Source of the DNA: Octopus sinensis
Taxonomy: Eukaryota
NCBI RefSeq assembly: GCF_006345805.1
Contig: NC_043004.1
Location: 48,732,001 to 48,796,000 of the forward strand
DNA: 64,000 bases
Reading direction: 5' to 3'
Within the stretch, counting starts at the first letter, position 1. Each line of letters starts with the position of its first letter. Under the pieces are notes generated by a model. The model was given only the letters and a program-made list of their open reading frames with translations. It ran no database searches and was not told the DNA's origin. This document shows positions 34,786 to 48,859 of the stretch, piece after piece. Made by a program: the position numbers and the translations under genes.

Positions 34786-35490
34786 TTAGATGGAGAGGGT
34801 CATAGCCCAACTAATTAGGGAGAGAGTCAGTTTAGATGAGATGCAGTTTGGGTTCGTGCCAGGGAACAGCACCACTGATGCTATATTTCTGGTAAGACAG
34901 CTGCAAAGGAAATACCTAGCCAATGATAAACCTCTGTACGTGGCTTTCGTTGATATGGAGAAAGCCTTCAACAGGGTCCCCCGATCCCTTATCTGGTGGT
35001 CAACGAGGAAGCTAGGGATAGATGAACGGTTGGTGAGAGCTGTGCAAGCCATGTACAGAGATACTGTCAGTAAGGTGAGGGTTGGCAACGAGTACAGTGA
35101 AGAATTCCGGGTAGATGTAGGGGTCCACCAAGGTTCAGTCTTCAGCCCCCTCCTATTTATCATAGTTCTCCAGGCAATAACAGACCTTGCTCTATATGCT
35201 GAGTCATTATGAGAACCAGACGAGAAGTTTCAGGTGTGGAAGCAAGGATTAGAATCAAAGGGCCTTAGAGCCAACCTAGCTAAAACCAAAGTCCTAGTAA
35301 GTAGGAAGGCAGACAATCCACAAATCCCTTCAGGTAGATGGCCTTGCTCAATCTTACCTCTGCTGGTGACAAAGAGCCTCTCCCTCAGAGTAAAAGGTAG
35401 ACTGTATGACGCATGCTACATGGCAGTGAAACATGGGCCATGACTGCTGAGGACATGCGTAAGCTTGCAAGGAGTGAAGCCAGATATGGT
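34786..35490 (+). mobile_element. RTE LINE RT fragment with internal deletions
   Basis: MQFGFVPGNSTTDAIFLVRQL, FVDMEKAFNRVPR, GVHQGSVFSPLLF; same family as 13432-15112. Confidence 0.9.
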
Positions 35491-37699
35491 GACAACTCTC
35501 GGCAAGCTTCCGTCTTATTAGACCCCTTCAGTGAAGTATAGTTATTCATGTGTCAGCTAGGTTAGTAGAGATGAAGGAATATTTATGCATATATGAAGAT
35601 TGTATATATGTTGGTTTAATTAAATGGCATTCAACTCAAGGGGAACATTATGATTAGCATGATAGCTTTAATATATTGAGATTGTACTCATATTCAGGGT
35701 ATGTGCGCACATTTAGTGGAATTTTACAGGGTGGATGTTTAACTTCAACCCTTGTGTACAAGAGGGTTATGGGAAAGATCATGTATGGAGAGAGCAAGAG
35801 AAAGAGATAGGGTAAGAATAAACAAAGAGAAACAAAGCATGTGAGAGAAATGATGACAAGGGAAAGGAGAGAGAGAGAGAGAAAGGCAGTTGGTCGAATG
35901 TGAGTGTGCGATGTAGAGAGAGTAAGTGATTGAGTCTGAGTGTTTCCATCATCATCATCATCATCATCATATATCCATTTTCCAACTGGCATGGGTTGAA
36001 CAGTTTGACAGGATCTGGTGAGCCACTGGGCTACTTCAAGCTCCATTATCAGCTTCGGCATGGTTTCTGTGGCTAAATGCTCTTCTTAAACCCCAACCAC
36101 TTTATGATGTGTAACTGGGTTCCTTATTTAAATTTTTTTTGTTTGTTTGTGACTGGTACTAGTGACATCACCAAATAACATGCAAGACAGGAAAAGAACA
36201 AAGAAAGGGAAAAAAAACCACCCTCGACTAAGTGGGGTGGGAGTATTTAAGAGGGTCACTGGTGGTTTTATACTAGATGTTGGGAACTTAAAGTATGATT
36301 AGGGGATAAGCGTAGCTGTCTTACTGTAGAGAAAATACGTGGCTACCTCTCATTATACAAGGATGTGAATGTGGGGTATATGTGACAGAGTGCATGTATG
36401 TGTAAATATGTGTGCACGTGCACACACACAAACACATACACACACACAAGTGTTCTATGTAAACATCTACATGGAGACTTCATAACAATTTAGATTTTAC
36501 AAAGTGCTTTGTTTTTGCTCCTAATAAATATTTAGATTATATTTTAGCATGGAACATAATGTCTTGGGGTTTTTTTTTTTTTCTCATTATTCTTTATCAG
36601 TGCTTCTAAATCTTCTTTACTTTGTAGTACAATGGAGATCAATCAAAAAAATTACTGGTAGTCTATATATGGAAAGTTTAAAATTGCTGGCTTATTTTGC
36701 ATAGAAAGTGTAAACAAAAACCATTGAAATTTAGGTGGGGTGGGGGAAAGAAACTTATTACTTACTTAGTTTTATTAATCAGGCATGGGTGTGGCTATGT
36801 GGTAAGAAGCTTGTTTCCTAACCACATGGTTCCAGGTTCAGTCTCATTGCGTGGCATCTTGGACAAGAGTCTTCTACTATAGCCTTGGACCAACCAAATC
36901 CTAGTGAGTGGATTTTTGGCTTTGTTTTGGTAATTTGTAAGTCATTCCTCCAAGTTTGCTGTGGACAGATTGTTTATCAAAATAACTATATGAATCATCT
37001 TATTTTATATTCTATCATCTTTGAGGATCACAGAAAGACAGAACTTGTAAGCTAAGAAAAATTTTCCATCATTCCATTGTACCTACCTAATACTAGATAT
37101 TCTTGATTGCTCAAAGTTAATTTGTTGATTTCTTACCAAACTCTATGCAAGTTTACAATGTAGAAACTTATTTTGTCATTTTTATCAATTAGTTTACTCA
37201 TCTAAAAACCATCTTTGCTTTCTAACTTTTCAGTAAATATGTTAATTGATGGATCCATTTTATCACAATGTCTGCAACTCACACAATGTAGATACCAAAA
37301 CATCACACACAGCAAGGAGAATTGTCTCAGTATTTTCATTAGAATAAAATCCAGAGATTTATACATGGCTAGGTGCAGGCATAGCTATGTAGTTAAGAGC
37401 TTGCTTGTGAACCACATGGTTTCGAGTTCAGCTCCATTGCATGGCATCTTGGGCAAGCATCTCTTACTAAAGCCTTGGGCCAACCACAGCCTTGTGAGTG
37501 AAAAATGCCTATCGTATATGTATGTGTGTGTGTGTGTGTGTGTGTGTGCATGAGTGTGTGTATGTTTGTGTCTCTTTGTCTTGATGTTGCATAATGTAAG
37601 TGAATGTCATTCATTTCTGCAAAAATATGTCTGACCAAGAAGAAATATTACTTTTCTGGGAACAGGTAATGGTTGACAACAGGAAGGACATCTGACTGT

Positions 37700-37738
<39 letters not shown>

Positions 37739-38299
37739 CATACTCATGAAGGCCAAAATGTAAACTAGTATATATGTAGTGGTACCAAACACTATATGTG
37801 CTGGTGTCAAGTTCTATAGCAAAGTACCTTACACACGCACACACATACACACACATTGATGTATGTATATATGTGCTGCTATCGAGATTTATGTACATTC
37901 TTATAAGCAGAACAAGCTAAATCTTTAGATATGGTCTGCACTAGACAGGATAATCAAGACCTTGTACTATGCGAGATAGTCAAGTTTTTACTTTAGACTA
38001 AAGAAACAAATCGCAGTAATGCCTCGAATGTAAACTTGCTGTTCTTCGTTAATAGTTTCTATTATTATCATTTGAGACAAACTGTTGGATGTAGTCAGCT
38101 ATTTATATCTAAAGCTGAAAAATAAGTTTTATGCTGTTGATAAAAATAATTGCCTTTGCATAATTTAATTTATCAAAAATTAGTATCAGCTGTGTGAGTA
38201 GATTTATTTCTAAAATGTTTTTAAATGCCATAGCAGGGAATGTTCAGTACCAACTGAGCCTAACAAACACACCAGACTTTTCCATGTTCACCAAAACTG

Positions 38300-40200
38300 C
38301 CATGATGATACCTTATCATTTTAACAAAATTGCTTCACAAACGAATACAGTTAATATTTCTATCTTCATTACATCCTGTTGTTTCAAGAGGTGCTTGTTT
38401 TGGTCTTTTTTGTTTCGTAAATGAAAGCTGTGTTGCTTCTGGTTTGACTCACAAGGTTTGTTATTCCCAGACTCAAACCATTGTATTTTTTTATGCTGCA
38501 TGTACCCATGGATGGAATAAGATGTGGTCAAGAGTGTATGTATCATTCTTTACCAATGTAGAAAAACTTGGTCTGATGTTAGCATGAGGAATTAACAGAA
38601 GACTGAGCAAAAATAACCCAATTTTTCTCTCTGGAGTGGGAAGCATTCCTGTAACCTCTTTTAGTTGTTCATGCTATTTATTCTAGTATTCTATTTCACC
38701 ATCGGTAATATAGAAACATTTTGAAAGAAACATAGCTAATTTTCTGTAGCCAAGAACAACCCCCCCCCCAAAAAAAAACCATCATTGTGAAATTTAAAAA
38801 AATGTCTGACTCCAAAATTTTGGCATACCATTTTTAGAGAAAGTTACTTGAAACAGTTTCTTTATGGTTGAGCTCTTCATATCAACACTTCTTGGCTAGT
38901 CTGTAAAAGAATCCACAATAACAAGCTGCACTCCAGTGACATTAGCAAGGGTATGATCCATGTGTAGATGACTTGAGGAATCTAATCTCTTTGGAATATG
39001 AGTGAAGCTTGTTACCATGAAATTTCTTTTTGTCTCTACACATTTAGGATATCTACGATTGTAGTTTTTGACATAGCATGAAAACCAAGCCAACATTGCT
39101 CAAGCTTTAGATGCTTGCATAATGGATATCATTATGAATACTTCAAATAATTAACCTTTTAGATAATTCAGACAATGAGATCACAATTTAATTTGTATAT
39201 AAGGTGTCTCAGTATTGAAGTAGTTATTTCAGATTTTTTTTGTTTTTACTTTGGGAAATGATTTTGTTTTGTGTCAAATCACACAATGTTTTTCAAACTA
39301 ACGTAAAGAAATCAGTTCCTCTCCAGTGTATGAAATTATAGTCAACATTATTCAAATTAATATCTTGGAATAGTTTTAAATTTAGTGGAGAAATAGCTTC
39401 TAAATTAAATACTGTCAGCTATAAGGCCTACCCCAGTAACATAACCCTTGAGAGTTTATTGTATACAAAATTCCTGAAGTTTCTATCTCAATAGCTGAAT
39501 AATTAAATGCAGCTGCAGTTAACCTCCTCAATAAATATAGCATTGGGTGGTTATCCTGCAATAAAATTCCTGATATATTGGCTACTAACATCATTGTCAA
39601 CATGACATTTTTGTTGACATCAAATATACACCCAGCAGTAACATAACTCCCTTCAGTAATTGTTCCACACATCCCACACTTTTCATTTTAAAACCTCAAA
39701 CCAACTAAAAGTGTTTCCTTTTGCCATACAACTAGCATATCTTTCAAAATGCTGGACCATTCACTTTAATATATATGTGTGGGTGTATGTTTGTGTTGAT
39801 GTTTGTCCTCCTCACCACTTGATAACCAGTGTTGGTTTGTTTACATCCCCATAACATAACAGTTTAGCAAAAGCAACAGAATAAGTAAATAAGTATTGAG
39901 GGTTGATTTGTTCAACTAAACCCTTTAAGGCAATGTTCCAGTATGGCCACAGTCCAATGACTGAAACATGCAAAAAATACTATTTAACAATGACTCCTAT
40001 AAGGAACATTTATACAACAAAGAAATCCTGATATCTAACTAAAGGTTCAATACGCTGTATATCAGGCAGGGGAAACCTTTTCTGAGAAGCAGGCTGCATG
40101 AGATATAATTCATCATCAGGCTGCACTACTAAAAGAAAAAAATATTCAAGCAAGGTAATTGTTGGTGTACAATTCAAAAAGTGTGCTGTTGTTTGCTCAT
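38300..40200 (-). mobile_element. decayed Ty3/gypsy pol (RNase H + integrase)
   Basis: RNase H-like ISGILLQDNHPMLYLLRRLTAAAFNYSAIEIETSGILY..YWGRPY (39415-39672); integrase-like LVIVDSFT..P..VDMKSSTIKKL..FSKNGMP (~38820-38930). RNase H precedes integrase, which is the gypsy order. Confidence 0.65.
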
Positions 40201-41247
40201 GACTGCTGAATGTCAAAACAGTCTCACTAACTATTTCAAGTTAATTAATCAATTTACCTGTCAATCTGTACACCTTTCTATCTTCATGGCCACTTAACAT
40301 TAACTGTTCAAGGTACACTATTTGCTACATGCATACACACATGCAGTGAAGTATAAAGAGGAGTTTCTTCATCACAATAGTTTCATATTTTTACTATGAC
40401 ATTATATAACACCAGTGTCTTTACAGTTTTGTTATATTAACAGAAAATTAATACCATCTGTCAATCTAATAGCTATCTGTAAACAGCTCACCCCTCTCTC
40501 GCTGACGACAATCAATTAATATCTATTGTGACTGACACTGATTGCAAACCAAATATGATTAACGATTGATTTTGTCTTGTGTGTAAATCATCAGTTAAAG
40601 ACAAGTCGACATTGCTCTATGAGCAGAAGACAGTGTGCTGTGAGAGTATAATTAACCTCAACAGGGAGTAAAATTATTTTATTACAAGCTCGTACTAACA
40701 GACCAATTAAATTGCTGTCGACTTTAAAACAATCAACTTTTCCCAACTTAAATGTTGAACAGCTTTTATTGTTGGGCAATTGATTCTTTTTTGTTGAGTT
40801 AGTGTGAGATTTTCTTTAATTATTGTTATGGCAAAGTAACAAACACAAAACAAAAGTAAGAAAAAGAAAAGGCAATTAAAAACAATTATTGTATCTGATT
40901 CATCAATAACTCCTAATGAAGAGAAAATTGCACATAATTTAATTACATCAAATAGCAATATCTTATTTGTTTGTTTAAAAGTATTCATTCACTGAATTTT
41001 CATTTTTTTTTTTTTCATTTTTTTTTTTATCAGTCTTTTGATCAATCATTAATTTCTTGAGATTCCCCATAGATTGCTATTTGGTATATTTGTCTTAATC
41101 TTGTAGCTAATATTACTTATGTTCTTTTATTATTTAAATTTTTGTCTTTATGTAAAATAATGCATTCACTGATAAGTTTCTGAGTAAGTCCACTTGAGAT
41201 ATACATGTGAATTTGGAATTATTTAATCGTAAACTGTTTGATATATT

Positions 41248-41295
<48 letters not shown>

Positions 41296-41559
41296 GTGTG
41301 TATGTGCGTACATGATGCCATGGCTATGTACTGACATGGTTTCATATTCAAGAAGTCTGCTTCTTAACCAACCACATGGTTTCAGGTTCAGTCCCACTCC
41401 AAGGCACCTTGTGCAAGTATCTTCTACACCAGCCTCAGGCCAACCCAACACCTTGTGAGTGGATTTGGTAGAAAGAAATTGGAAGAAGCCTGTTGTGTGT
41501 GTGTGTGTGTGCATGCGTGTGTGTGTGTGTGTAAACCCAAATATCTATGCTGAAGATCG

Positions 41560-41790
41560 GTCTGGAACCCTGACAACAGAGGAAAGCCATCAAGAAGATA
41601 GCCATGGCAACTGAAACCAGTTCAGGGTGACTGGTTGACAAGAGACCATAGGTAGGATCCTTCTACCATCAAATACTTATCGAGTCCTTGCTGCCCCCAA
41701 CAGGAATGGTGTACAAACTAAGGGATAAAATGCTTTTGACCTTTGGATACCATTTCTGCTGATGATACAGAAGGGTCCCAACAATGTGAT
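41560..41790 (+). mobile_element. possible R2/Hero-type non-LTR 3' fragment
   Basis: RKAIKKIAMATETSSG*LVDKR resembles the C-terminal AEKASRWLWLKR motif. Confidence 0.4.
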
Positions 41791-42521
41791 GGATTCAGAA
41801 GAAGAGCTTGCAATGCCTCTGAGTAGCTCCTGCAGTTTCTGCATGATGCAAAGCATTTTTGTTTTCCATGCCGGCATGGGTTGGATGGTTTGACCAGAGC
41901 AGACAAGCTGGAGAGCTGCACCAAGTTCCGGTCTGATTTGGTTTCTACAGCTGGACACCCTTCCTGATGCCAACCACTTCACAGGGTGTGTTAGGTGCTT
42001 TTTACCTGGCATCAGCACAGGCACTTTTACATGATGCTGGCTTGGGTGCTTTTTATGTGGCACCAGCACAGGTGCTCTTCATAAGGCAGGAAGTAGCTTC
42101 ATACTGCTTTTATTGCTGACACAAGTCAGCATTAGGTATCAGTATCAGGGACCTGCTGTTGTATGTCAATGAAATGTAGGCAGTGGATGTCGAAGATGGA
42201 GTAAAATAGATGAAGATAAATGAGGTTTAGCGGTAATTTAATGCCTGAGAGTCAGAGTCAGAAGAGCAGTGATAGATCTGTTCAAGAGTCATGACTGATC
42301 TATGTAACTTAAATAACTGAACTAGTAAAAAGTGATGCTGTGAAATGATAGTAGAAAATGGCAGGGTTGCTGTATGGAAGAGATGCGAGATGATGGTTGT
42401 CATTGCCCCTTTTGATACCACTCCCCAATGAAACCACCCCTGGTTCTATGGCATAAATTCCCTGTTTTAAAATGATCTGAATTAAAACTTTTCATCTAAA
42501 TTCCATCTTTTATCTTGTACT

Positions 42522-42900
42522 TGTTTCAGACATTTGACTGTGGCTGTGCTAGGGCACCGTTTTGAAGGGTTTTAGTTGAACAAATTGACCCTAAGACTTA
42601 TTTTTTTGAGCCTAATATTTGTATTCTGTCAGTCCCTTCAGCTGAACTGCTAAGTTATGGGGACATAAAGACACCAGCACTAGTTGTCAAGTGGTGGTGA
42701 GGGACAAAGACATACACACATAGATATATATACATATATATATATGATGAGTTTCTTTCAGTTTCCATCAATGAAATTCACTTGCAGGGCTTTGGTCAGC
42801 TCGAGGCTATAGTAGAAGACAGTTACCCAAGTTGCCATGCAGTGGGACTGAACCCAGAGCTGTATGGTTGGGAAACAAGTTTCTTACCACACAGCCCACA
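42522..42900 (-). mobile_element. older CORE-type SINE
   Basis: Diverged but colinear with the 12036 copy. Other partial copies at ~11600, 15165, 26312, 36782, 37372, 39765, 41318, 45535, 53530 and 56345. Confidence 0.75.
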
Positions 42901-42935
42901 CCTGCATCTTGTTAATTTATATTCCAACTACCAGC

Positions 42936-43164
42936 TTAACCCTTTCATTACCGTATTTATTTTGAGAATCTCTGTGTTTCTTTCAATTACTTTAAATATA
43001 ACAAAGAATTTAGTAAAATAACTTAGTTATCATTAAGCTAGTGTTTGGAACATAAATTATGACTAAGGTTTGGTGGAAGATTTTAATTCAAAACTTATGA
43101 AAACAAGACATTTATACTACAGACCCAGAGACGGTTTCAGCCGGGTTGGTATCAAAAGGGTTAA
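42936..43164. mobile_element. piggyBac-type MITE
   Basis: TTAA-CCCTTTCATTACC ... GGTATCAAAAGGG-TTAA. Confidence 0.75.
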
Positions 43165-44053
43165 TAATCACCATTATTTTAATAAATTCTTTATTATTTT
43201 CAAAATTAGTTCAAGCAGAAATATGGTAACAAAAGGGTTAAGTAAGACTTTAAAAACTTGGGCTCCCTACAACTGAAATCACACAATGCAACCACAAAGG
43301 GTAAGAATTCTTCCAACATACTTCATCACAAAAATTGGACAATAAGTATGATGATGATGATGATGATGCATCTGGTAATGATGGCACCATAAAAAAAGAA
43401 AAAAATATTTATATTTTTCTCTTATTGTTTATTCCTTTTTAATGTAATTTCTAAGGTACAGATTTATGGTGAAAAATGAAATTCTGTGTGCAAATACAAA
43501 ATCAATCAGTGCTTATAGGAATCTTAATTTAAGGATCAATCATGGAAAATTTCTCTTTCTCTCTTTCCTTCTCAGATATATATATATATATACTACAGAC
43601 CCAGAGACGGTTTCAGCCGGGTTGGTATCAAAAGGGTTAATAATCACCATTATTTTAATAAATTCTTTATTATTTTCAAAATTAGTTCAAGCAGAAATAT
43701 GGTAACAAAAGGGTTAAGTAAGACTTTAAAAACTTGGGCTCCCTACAACTGAAATCACACAATGCAACCACAAAGGGTAAGAATTCTTCCAACATACTTC
43801 ATCACAAAAATTGGACAATAAGTATGATGATGATGATGATGATGCATCTGGTAATGATGGCACCATAAAAAAAGAAAAAAATATTTATATTTTTCTCTTA
43901 TTGTTTATTCCTTTTTAATGTAATTTCTTAAGGTACAGATTTATGGTGAAAAATTGATAATTTCTGTGTGCAAATACAAAATCAATCAGTGCTTATAGGA
44001 ATCTTAATTTAAGGATCAATCATGGAAAATTTCTCTTTCTCTCTTTCCTTCTC

Positions 44054-44075
<22 letters not shown>
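43115..44075. repeat. ~476-bp near-identical tandem duplication
   Basis: TACTACAGACCCAGAGACGG starts at 43115 and 43591; copies differ only by a few indels. Confidence 0.95.
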
Positions 44076-44131
<56 letters not shown>

Positions 44132-44364
44132 TATAAAGTGATGTGTGTAAAATATTTCACTATGTTATGCACAGAGCTTGAAGTATTAAAACTGCAATAT
44201 TGCTGAGATTTCTGCAGCATATGCAACTAGTTTGAAAGAGGAAATGATCATTAAAAGGACTACTGCTACATTCTACTTTGCTCTTGAGAATCTCATACCT
44301 CACCTTTCACAGTTTATATATATACATGCACATGCACACGTGCACACATGTGCACACACACACT

Positions 44365-44600
44365 AATAATAATGATAATAATAATAATCCTTTCTATTAA
44401 AGGCACAAGGCCTGGAATTTGTAGGGAGGAGTTTAATCAATTACATCTGCCCTAGTGTTTTACTAGTACTTATTTCATTGACCCTGAAGGGATGAAAGGC
44501 AAAGTCAGTCTCAGTGGAATTTGAACTCAGAACATAAAGACAGACTAAATGTCACTGAGCATTTTGCCCAGCATGCTAACGATTATGCCAGCTCATTGCC

Positions 44601-44636
<36 letters not shown>

Positions 44637-45274
44637 GTAATTCTTTTTATTGGCCACAAGGGCTGACACACATGATTAATAATAATAATGATAATAATAA
44701 TAATAATAATAATAATAATCTTTTCTCCTATCAGCACAAAGCCTGAAATTTGTGAGAAGGGGGCTAGTCGATTACATTGATCCCAGTGTGAGACTGGTGC
44801 TTATTTATCAACCCTGAAAGGATGAAAGGCAAAGTTGACCTCGGCAGAATTTGAACTCAGAACGTGAAGACAGATAGAAAGCTGCTATGCATTTCGCCCA
44901 GCATGCTAACAATTCTGCCAGCTCAATTTCATCTGAATCCATCCTGTGGTTCTTGAGATATCTTGTCCAGACAAACACAACTGAAAACAATACCTCCATC
45001 TTCACTAAGGCAGAGGTAATAATGTTAAAAGTAGTAATAATTGTTTCAAATTCTGGCACAATGCCAGTGATTTTTTTTTTTTTTTTTGTTAGGAGAGAAT
45101 GGTAGTCAATTGCATCCACTTCAGTACATGACTAATGCTTTGTTTTATCTCCTTTGAAAAGATGAAAGGCAAAAGTTGATCTTGGTAGTGTTTGAACTCA
45201 GAATGTAAAGAACTGAAAGAAATTCTCTGTAAGCATTTCGTCTGATGTGTTAATGACTCTGCCATTTTGCTACC

Positions 45275-45319
<45 letters not shown>

Positions 45320-45530
45320 GTTTCAAATTTTGGCACAAGGCCAGCAATTTTGGAGGAGGGATAAATCGATCACATCAACCCCAGTGTTCAACTGGTACTT
45401 GCTTTAACGACTCTGAAAGGATGAAAGGCAAAGTCGACCTGTGGTGGAATTTGAACTCAGAATGTAAAGCCAGAAGAAATACTGCTAAGTATTTTGTCTG
45501 ACATGCTGAGAATTCTGCCAGCTCACCACC
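44365..45530 (-). mobile_element. cluster of four co-oriented older SINEs (same head and body as the GGCGGCGAG family, different 3' tail, mostly ending in (ATT)n)
   Basis: Units at ~44390-44600, 44720-44925, 45050-45280 and 45320-45530, each with GGATGAAAGGCAAAGT..GAATTTGAACTCAGAAC. Confidence 0.8.
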
Positions 45531-46154
45531 TCAGTCATTTGACTGTGGCCATGCTGGAGCACCAACTTGACAAAGTTTCATCAATCAAATCAATCCCAGT
45601 AGTTATTTTTAAAGTCTGGTACCTAATCTGTTGGTCCCTTTTGCCAAACTGCTAAGTTACAGGGGCATAAACAAATCAATACCAGTTGTTAAGCACAGAG
45701 ATAAACACAAAGACACACACACACACACACACACACATACACACTCTCTCACACACACAGTGAGCTTCCACACAGTTTCTGCTTACCAAATTCACTCACA
45801 AGGCATTGAGCTCCCTTATAATATATACAATTTAATATATTATATGATAATATATAATGTATAACATGAAAATGTATAATATAATAATATATAATATAAT
45901 AATAATATATAGATGGTGAAATCTAATCAACAGTGGCAAAAAACCCCACAAAGAACCAACCAGAGATTTCATTACCTTTGTGTACTCAGATCCGTTTGAA
46001 GAAGAAGAAGCTTCCTGTGAGTGATGAAAAGTAGAACAGTTACTGGGAGGCGGCTGCAGATATGCCAGGGTGTCAAGGATTCTTTCCCATTCTAGTTATA
46101 AAGAAACCAGATATCACCATGTGTGAAAAAGAAAGTGGTAAATCTAGTTAACTA

Positions 46155-46400
46155 AGGCGGCGAGCTGGCTGAAACGTTAGCACGCCGGGCGAAATGCTTC
46201 GCGGTATTTCGTCCGCCGCCACGTTCTGAGTTCAAATTCCGCCGAGGTCGACTTTGCCTTTCATCCTTTCGGGGTTGATTAAATAAGTACCAGTTATGCA
46301 CTGGGGTCGATGTAATCGACTTAATCCGTTTGTTTGTCCTTTGTTTGTCCGTTTGTTTGTCCCCTCTGTGTTTAGCCCCTTGTGGGTGGTAAAAAAAAAC
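46155..46400 (+). mobile_element. full-length young GGCGGCGAGCTGGC-head SINE with 16-bp TSD
   Basis: TSD GGTAAATCTAGTTAAC at 46137-46152 and 46402-46417. Confidence 0.92.
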
Positions 46401-46419
46401 AGGTAAATCTAGTTAACAT

Positions 46420-47015
46420 GTTGCTCATGAAGATAACGTAGATGCTACTCAGGCTCAAAAGATTGAATGTTATGAAAACCTCCTTGAGGAATGTGAATAT
46501 GCAGGCTGGAAAGCAGAGCATTTTCCAATTGAAGTCAGATGTAGAGGTAACTGTTGTTATCGTTACTCCCGACTCATTGTAAAGGAAATACCACCATTAG
46601 TGATATTCAGGCTCCAGTGGAAAAGGCAAGCCACTGGATCTGGTTAAAAAGAGATGATGAGCAATGCCTAGAACAGTGGTTTTCAACCAGGGTTCCGCCA
46701 GTACAGTCCAGGGGTTCCGCAAGAAGTTACAAAACTGCTAAAATCGGCAGTAATTTTTAATTCTCCTGTGCAGATATTTGTGCATAAAACTATTAAATTA
46801 TTGCACAGGGGTTCCTCGAGCCTGTGGAATGTTTCCTTGGGGTTCCGCTCCAGCAAAAAGGCTGAAAAGCACTGGCCTAGAATATTGAGTGAAACCTGGT
46901 AACCAGTTGATCTAGCAAGTGGGGCCTCATTGCAGTGAGTGGGGCCAGCGCACAATGATGCTATCAAGAGGTACGCCCCGAAATGGTACAAATTCTTTCC
47001 TGATGATCCCATAAA
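46420..47015 (+). mobile_element. R2/Hero-type non-LTR retrotransposon 3' fragment (restriction-like endonuclease end)
   Basis: HEDNVDATQAQKIECYENLLEECEYAGWKAEHFPIEVRCRG..VEKASHWIWLKR. Confidence 0.7.
46674..46874. mobile_element. hAT MITE (201 bp) nested in the Hero-like fragment
   Basis: TIRs CAGTGGTTTTCAACC / GGCTGAAAAGCACTG; perfect 8-bp TSD GCCTAGAA (46666-46673, 46875-46882). Confidence 0.92.
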
Positions 47016-47764
47016 CTTGCTAGCATCCAGTATGTGGGGCTTTCGACTGCTAGCACTTGCATCTGCTAGTTGTTTGCAAAAAAATCATAAAGGTATGAGT
47101 GAAAGGGATATGCATTGTTTAACTAATTCTTACTCTGTTGTAAATATTTGTGTGTATGTACTTATAGTGTAGTCATTGAACTACCTTTTGGTGTATATAA
47201 ACATATACAATCTGTGTGTGGAGGGAGAGAATGTGGTCATCATAATTTTTACGTTCACTTTCCATACTTTCACAGGTTCTATTCATGCTGAGTGTTTGGC
47301 GCTTTTTTATATAGCTGTCATCTTCTATATGCATCATATGCCCATTGCAATACAGTCTTCCATTTGCATATTACATCTGACAAATCAAAATCAAATCAAA
47401 ATCAAAATCGATCAACATCAATGGAAATTGTAGCTGTGATACCAGTGCCGGTGGCACATAAGAGAACCATCCGAATGTGGCCGTTGCCAGCGCTGCCTCG
47501 ATGGGCCTCCCTGCCGGTGGCACGTAAAAAGCACCATCCGATCGTGGCCGTTGCCAGCCTCGTCTGGCACCTGTGCCAGTGGCACGTAAAAAGCACCCAC
47601 TACACTCACGGAGTGGTTGGCATTAGGAAGGACATCCAGCTGTAGAAACATTGTCAGATCAGACTGGGCCTGGTGCAGCCTTCTGGCTTCTCAGATCCCC
47701 GGTTGAACCGTCCAACCCATGCCAGCATGGAAAGCGGACGCTGAATGATGATGATGATGATCTG

Positions 47765-48060
47765 ACACCTCTTCTCAGTCCCCTTGAATTCCGTCAATCC
47801 TGTACTCTAACATTACACATTTAGCAAAGCATTCTCACTCTATTATTTCTTTCTAGTTTTTGTAGATCCTCAATATTCAAGGGCCATGTTTTTCTGCTTC
47901 CATGTAGTATCACACTTCATACACAAGCATCACACAAATTGCCCTTCACTCTGTGGCAGAAGCCCTTTGTAGCCAGCACCTCCATAAACTTTCTCCAGCC
48001 TTTCTTACTCTGATTATTCTACTTTTAAAACACATGCCTCCTCAGCTAATTGGATCACTT
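47765..48060 (-). mobile_element. old RTE RT C-terminal fragment
   Basis: VLATKGFCHRVKGNLCDACV*SVILHGS matches LLVTKGLSHRVKGRLYDACVRTAMLHGS of the younger copy. Confidence 0.65.
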
Positions 48061-48859
48061 AAGTAACAGAAGCCATCAACTACATTTTGGCAGTTTTAGA
48101 GCATTTTAGAGAATCTGTTTTCTGTGTGCTCTTACTGCTTATTGTCTGTGTGTACCTACTACATATAAACTCTATTTTCTCTGTTAATGATTCCATTACA
48201 TCTCTTGTGAATCCATCGTTTATACTAGACATACCATATGGAATTTTCTGCCTTTTCCTTTTCTGCATGTTGGCTATACCCATTTCCCTGACAGTAGTAG
48301 GGTCTTGTCTGCTTTCCTACTTATGAAAAACTTTAATCATTTCAATATTAACTTCTGTTTATTTTCCTTTCAATTTTATATTTTATTTTCATATCTGGAA
48401 TTTCTTCTTCACATCTTATACACATTCTGGTATTTGACCACTAGAATTACATCAAGAGGAGAGCAACTGCCATGCTAGTGACTTTCCCCATTATTAATGA
48501 GGACCAACTCAATTCTGCAAACATGGAATTAGCAAAAGCATCAGCATTGCAAGAAAGCAAACTTTTTTTTTATAACAGAGGAGGAGCTGCACCAATATGG
48601 TTTCAACAGGCAGCAAAGTAGTTATTTATCTGGCAGTATGTAGATAAAATTTCACATTCTAATATTAACATATCTAACTCAGACAACTTAATGCATTTTT
48701 TTAAAAAAATGTCTATCAAGCATTTTCAGTGTTATTGTTCTAACGAGGACAACTAATGCACACAGCATGCACACACACGACATGCATGCAGACTCTATAC
48801 TCAGATAATGTATGCATACACGTCAACAGTCTACACTACATATGTATGTATGTATTTTT

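Noticed and set aside
37000-37680. Possible small host exons (21-nt AG..GTAAG at ~37025; MSDQEEILLFWEQ|GT at ~37628)
   Set aside because: Splice-like dinucleotides are frequent in AT-rich DNA, and no recognisable protein similarity or consistent phase links them.
40480-40700. Possible conserved non-coding enhancer (clustered TAAT/TGAT motifs in non-repetitive sequence)
   Set aside because: Cannot be supported without cross-species alignment; such motifs are common at this AT content.
46950-47015. Permuted hammerhead or C/D-box motif (TGATG..GAAA..CTGATGA) in the Hero-like 3' UTR
   Set aside because: The bases after CTGATGA (TCCC) cannot pair with those before GAAA (CCCC), and there is no terminal stem for a snoRNA.
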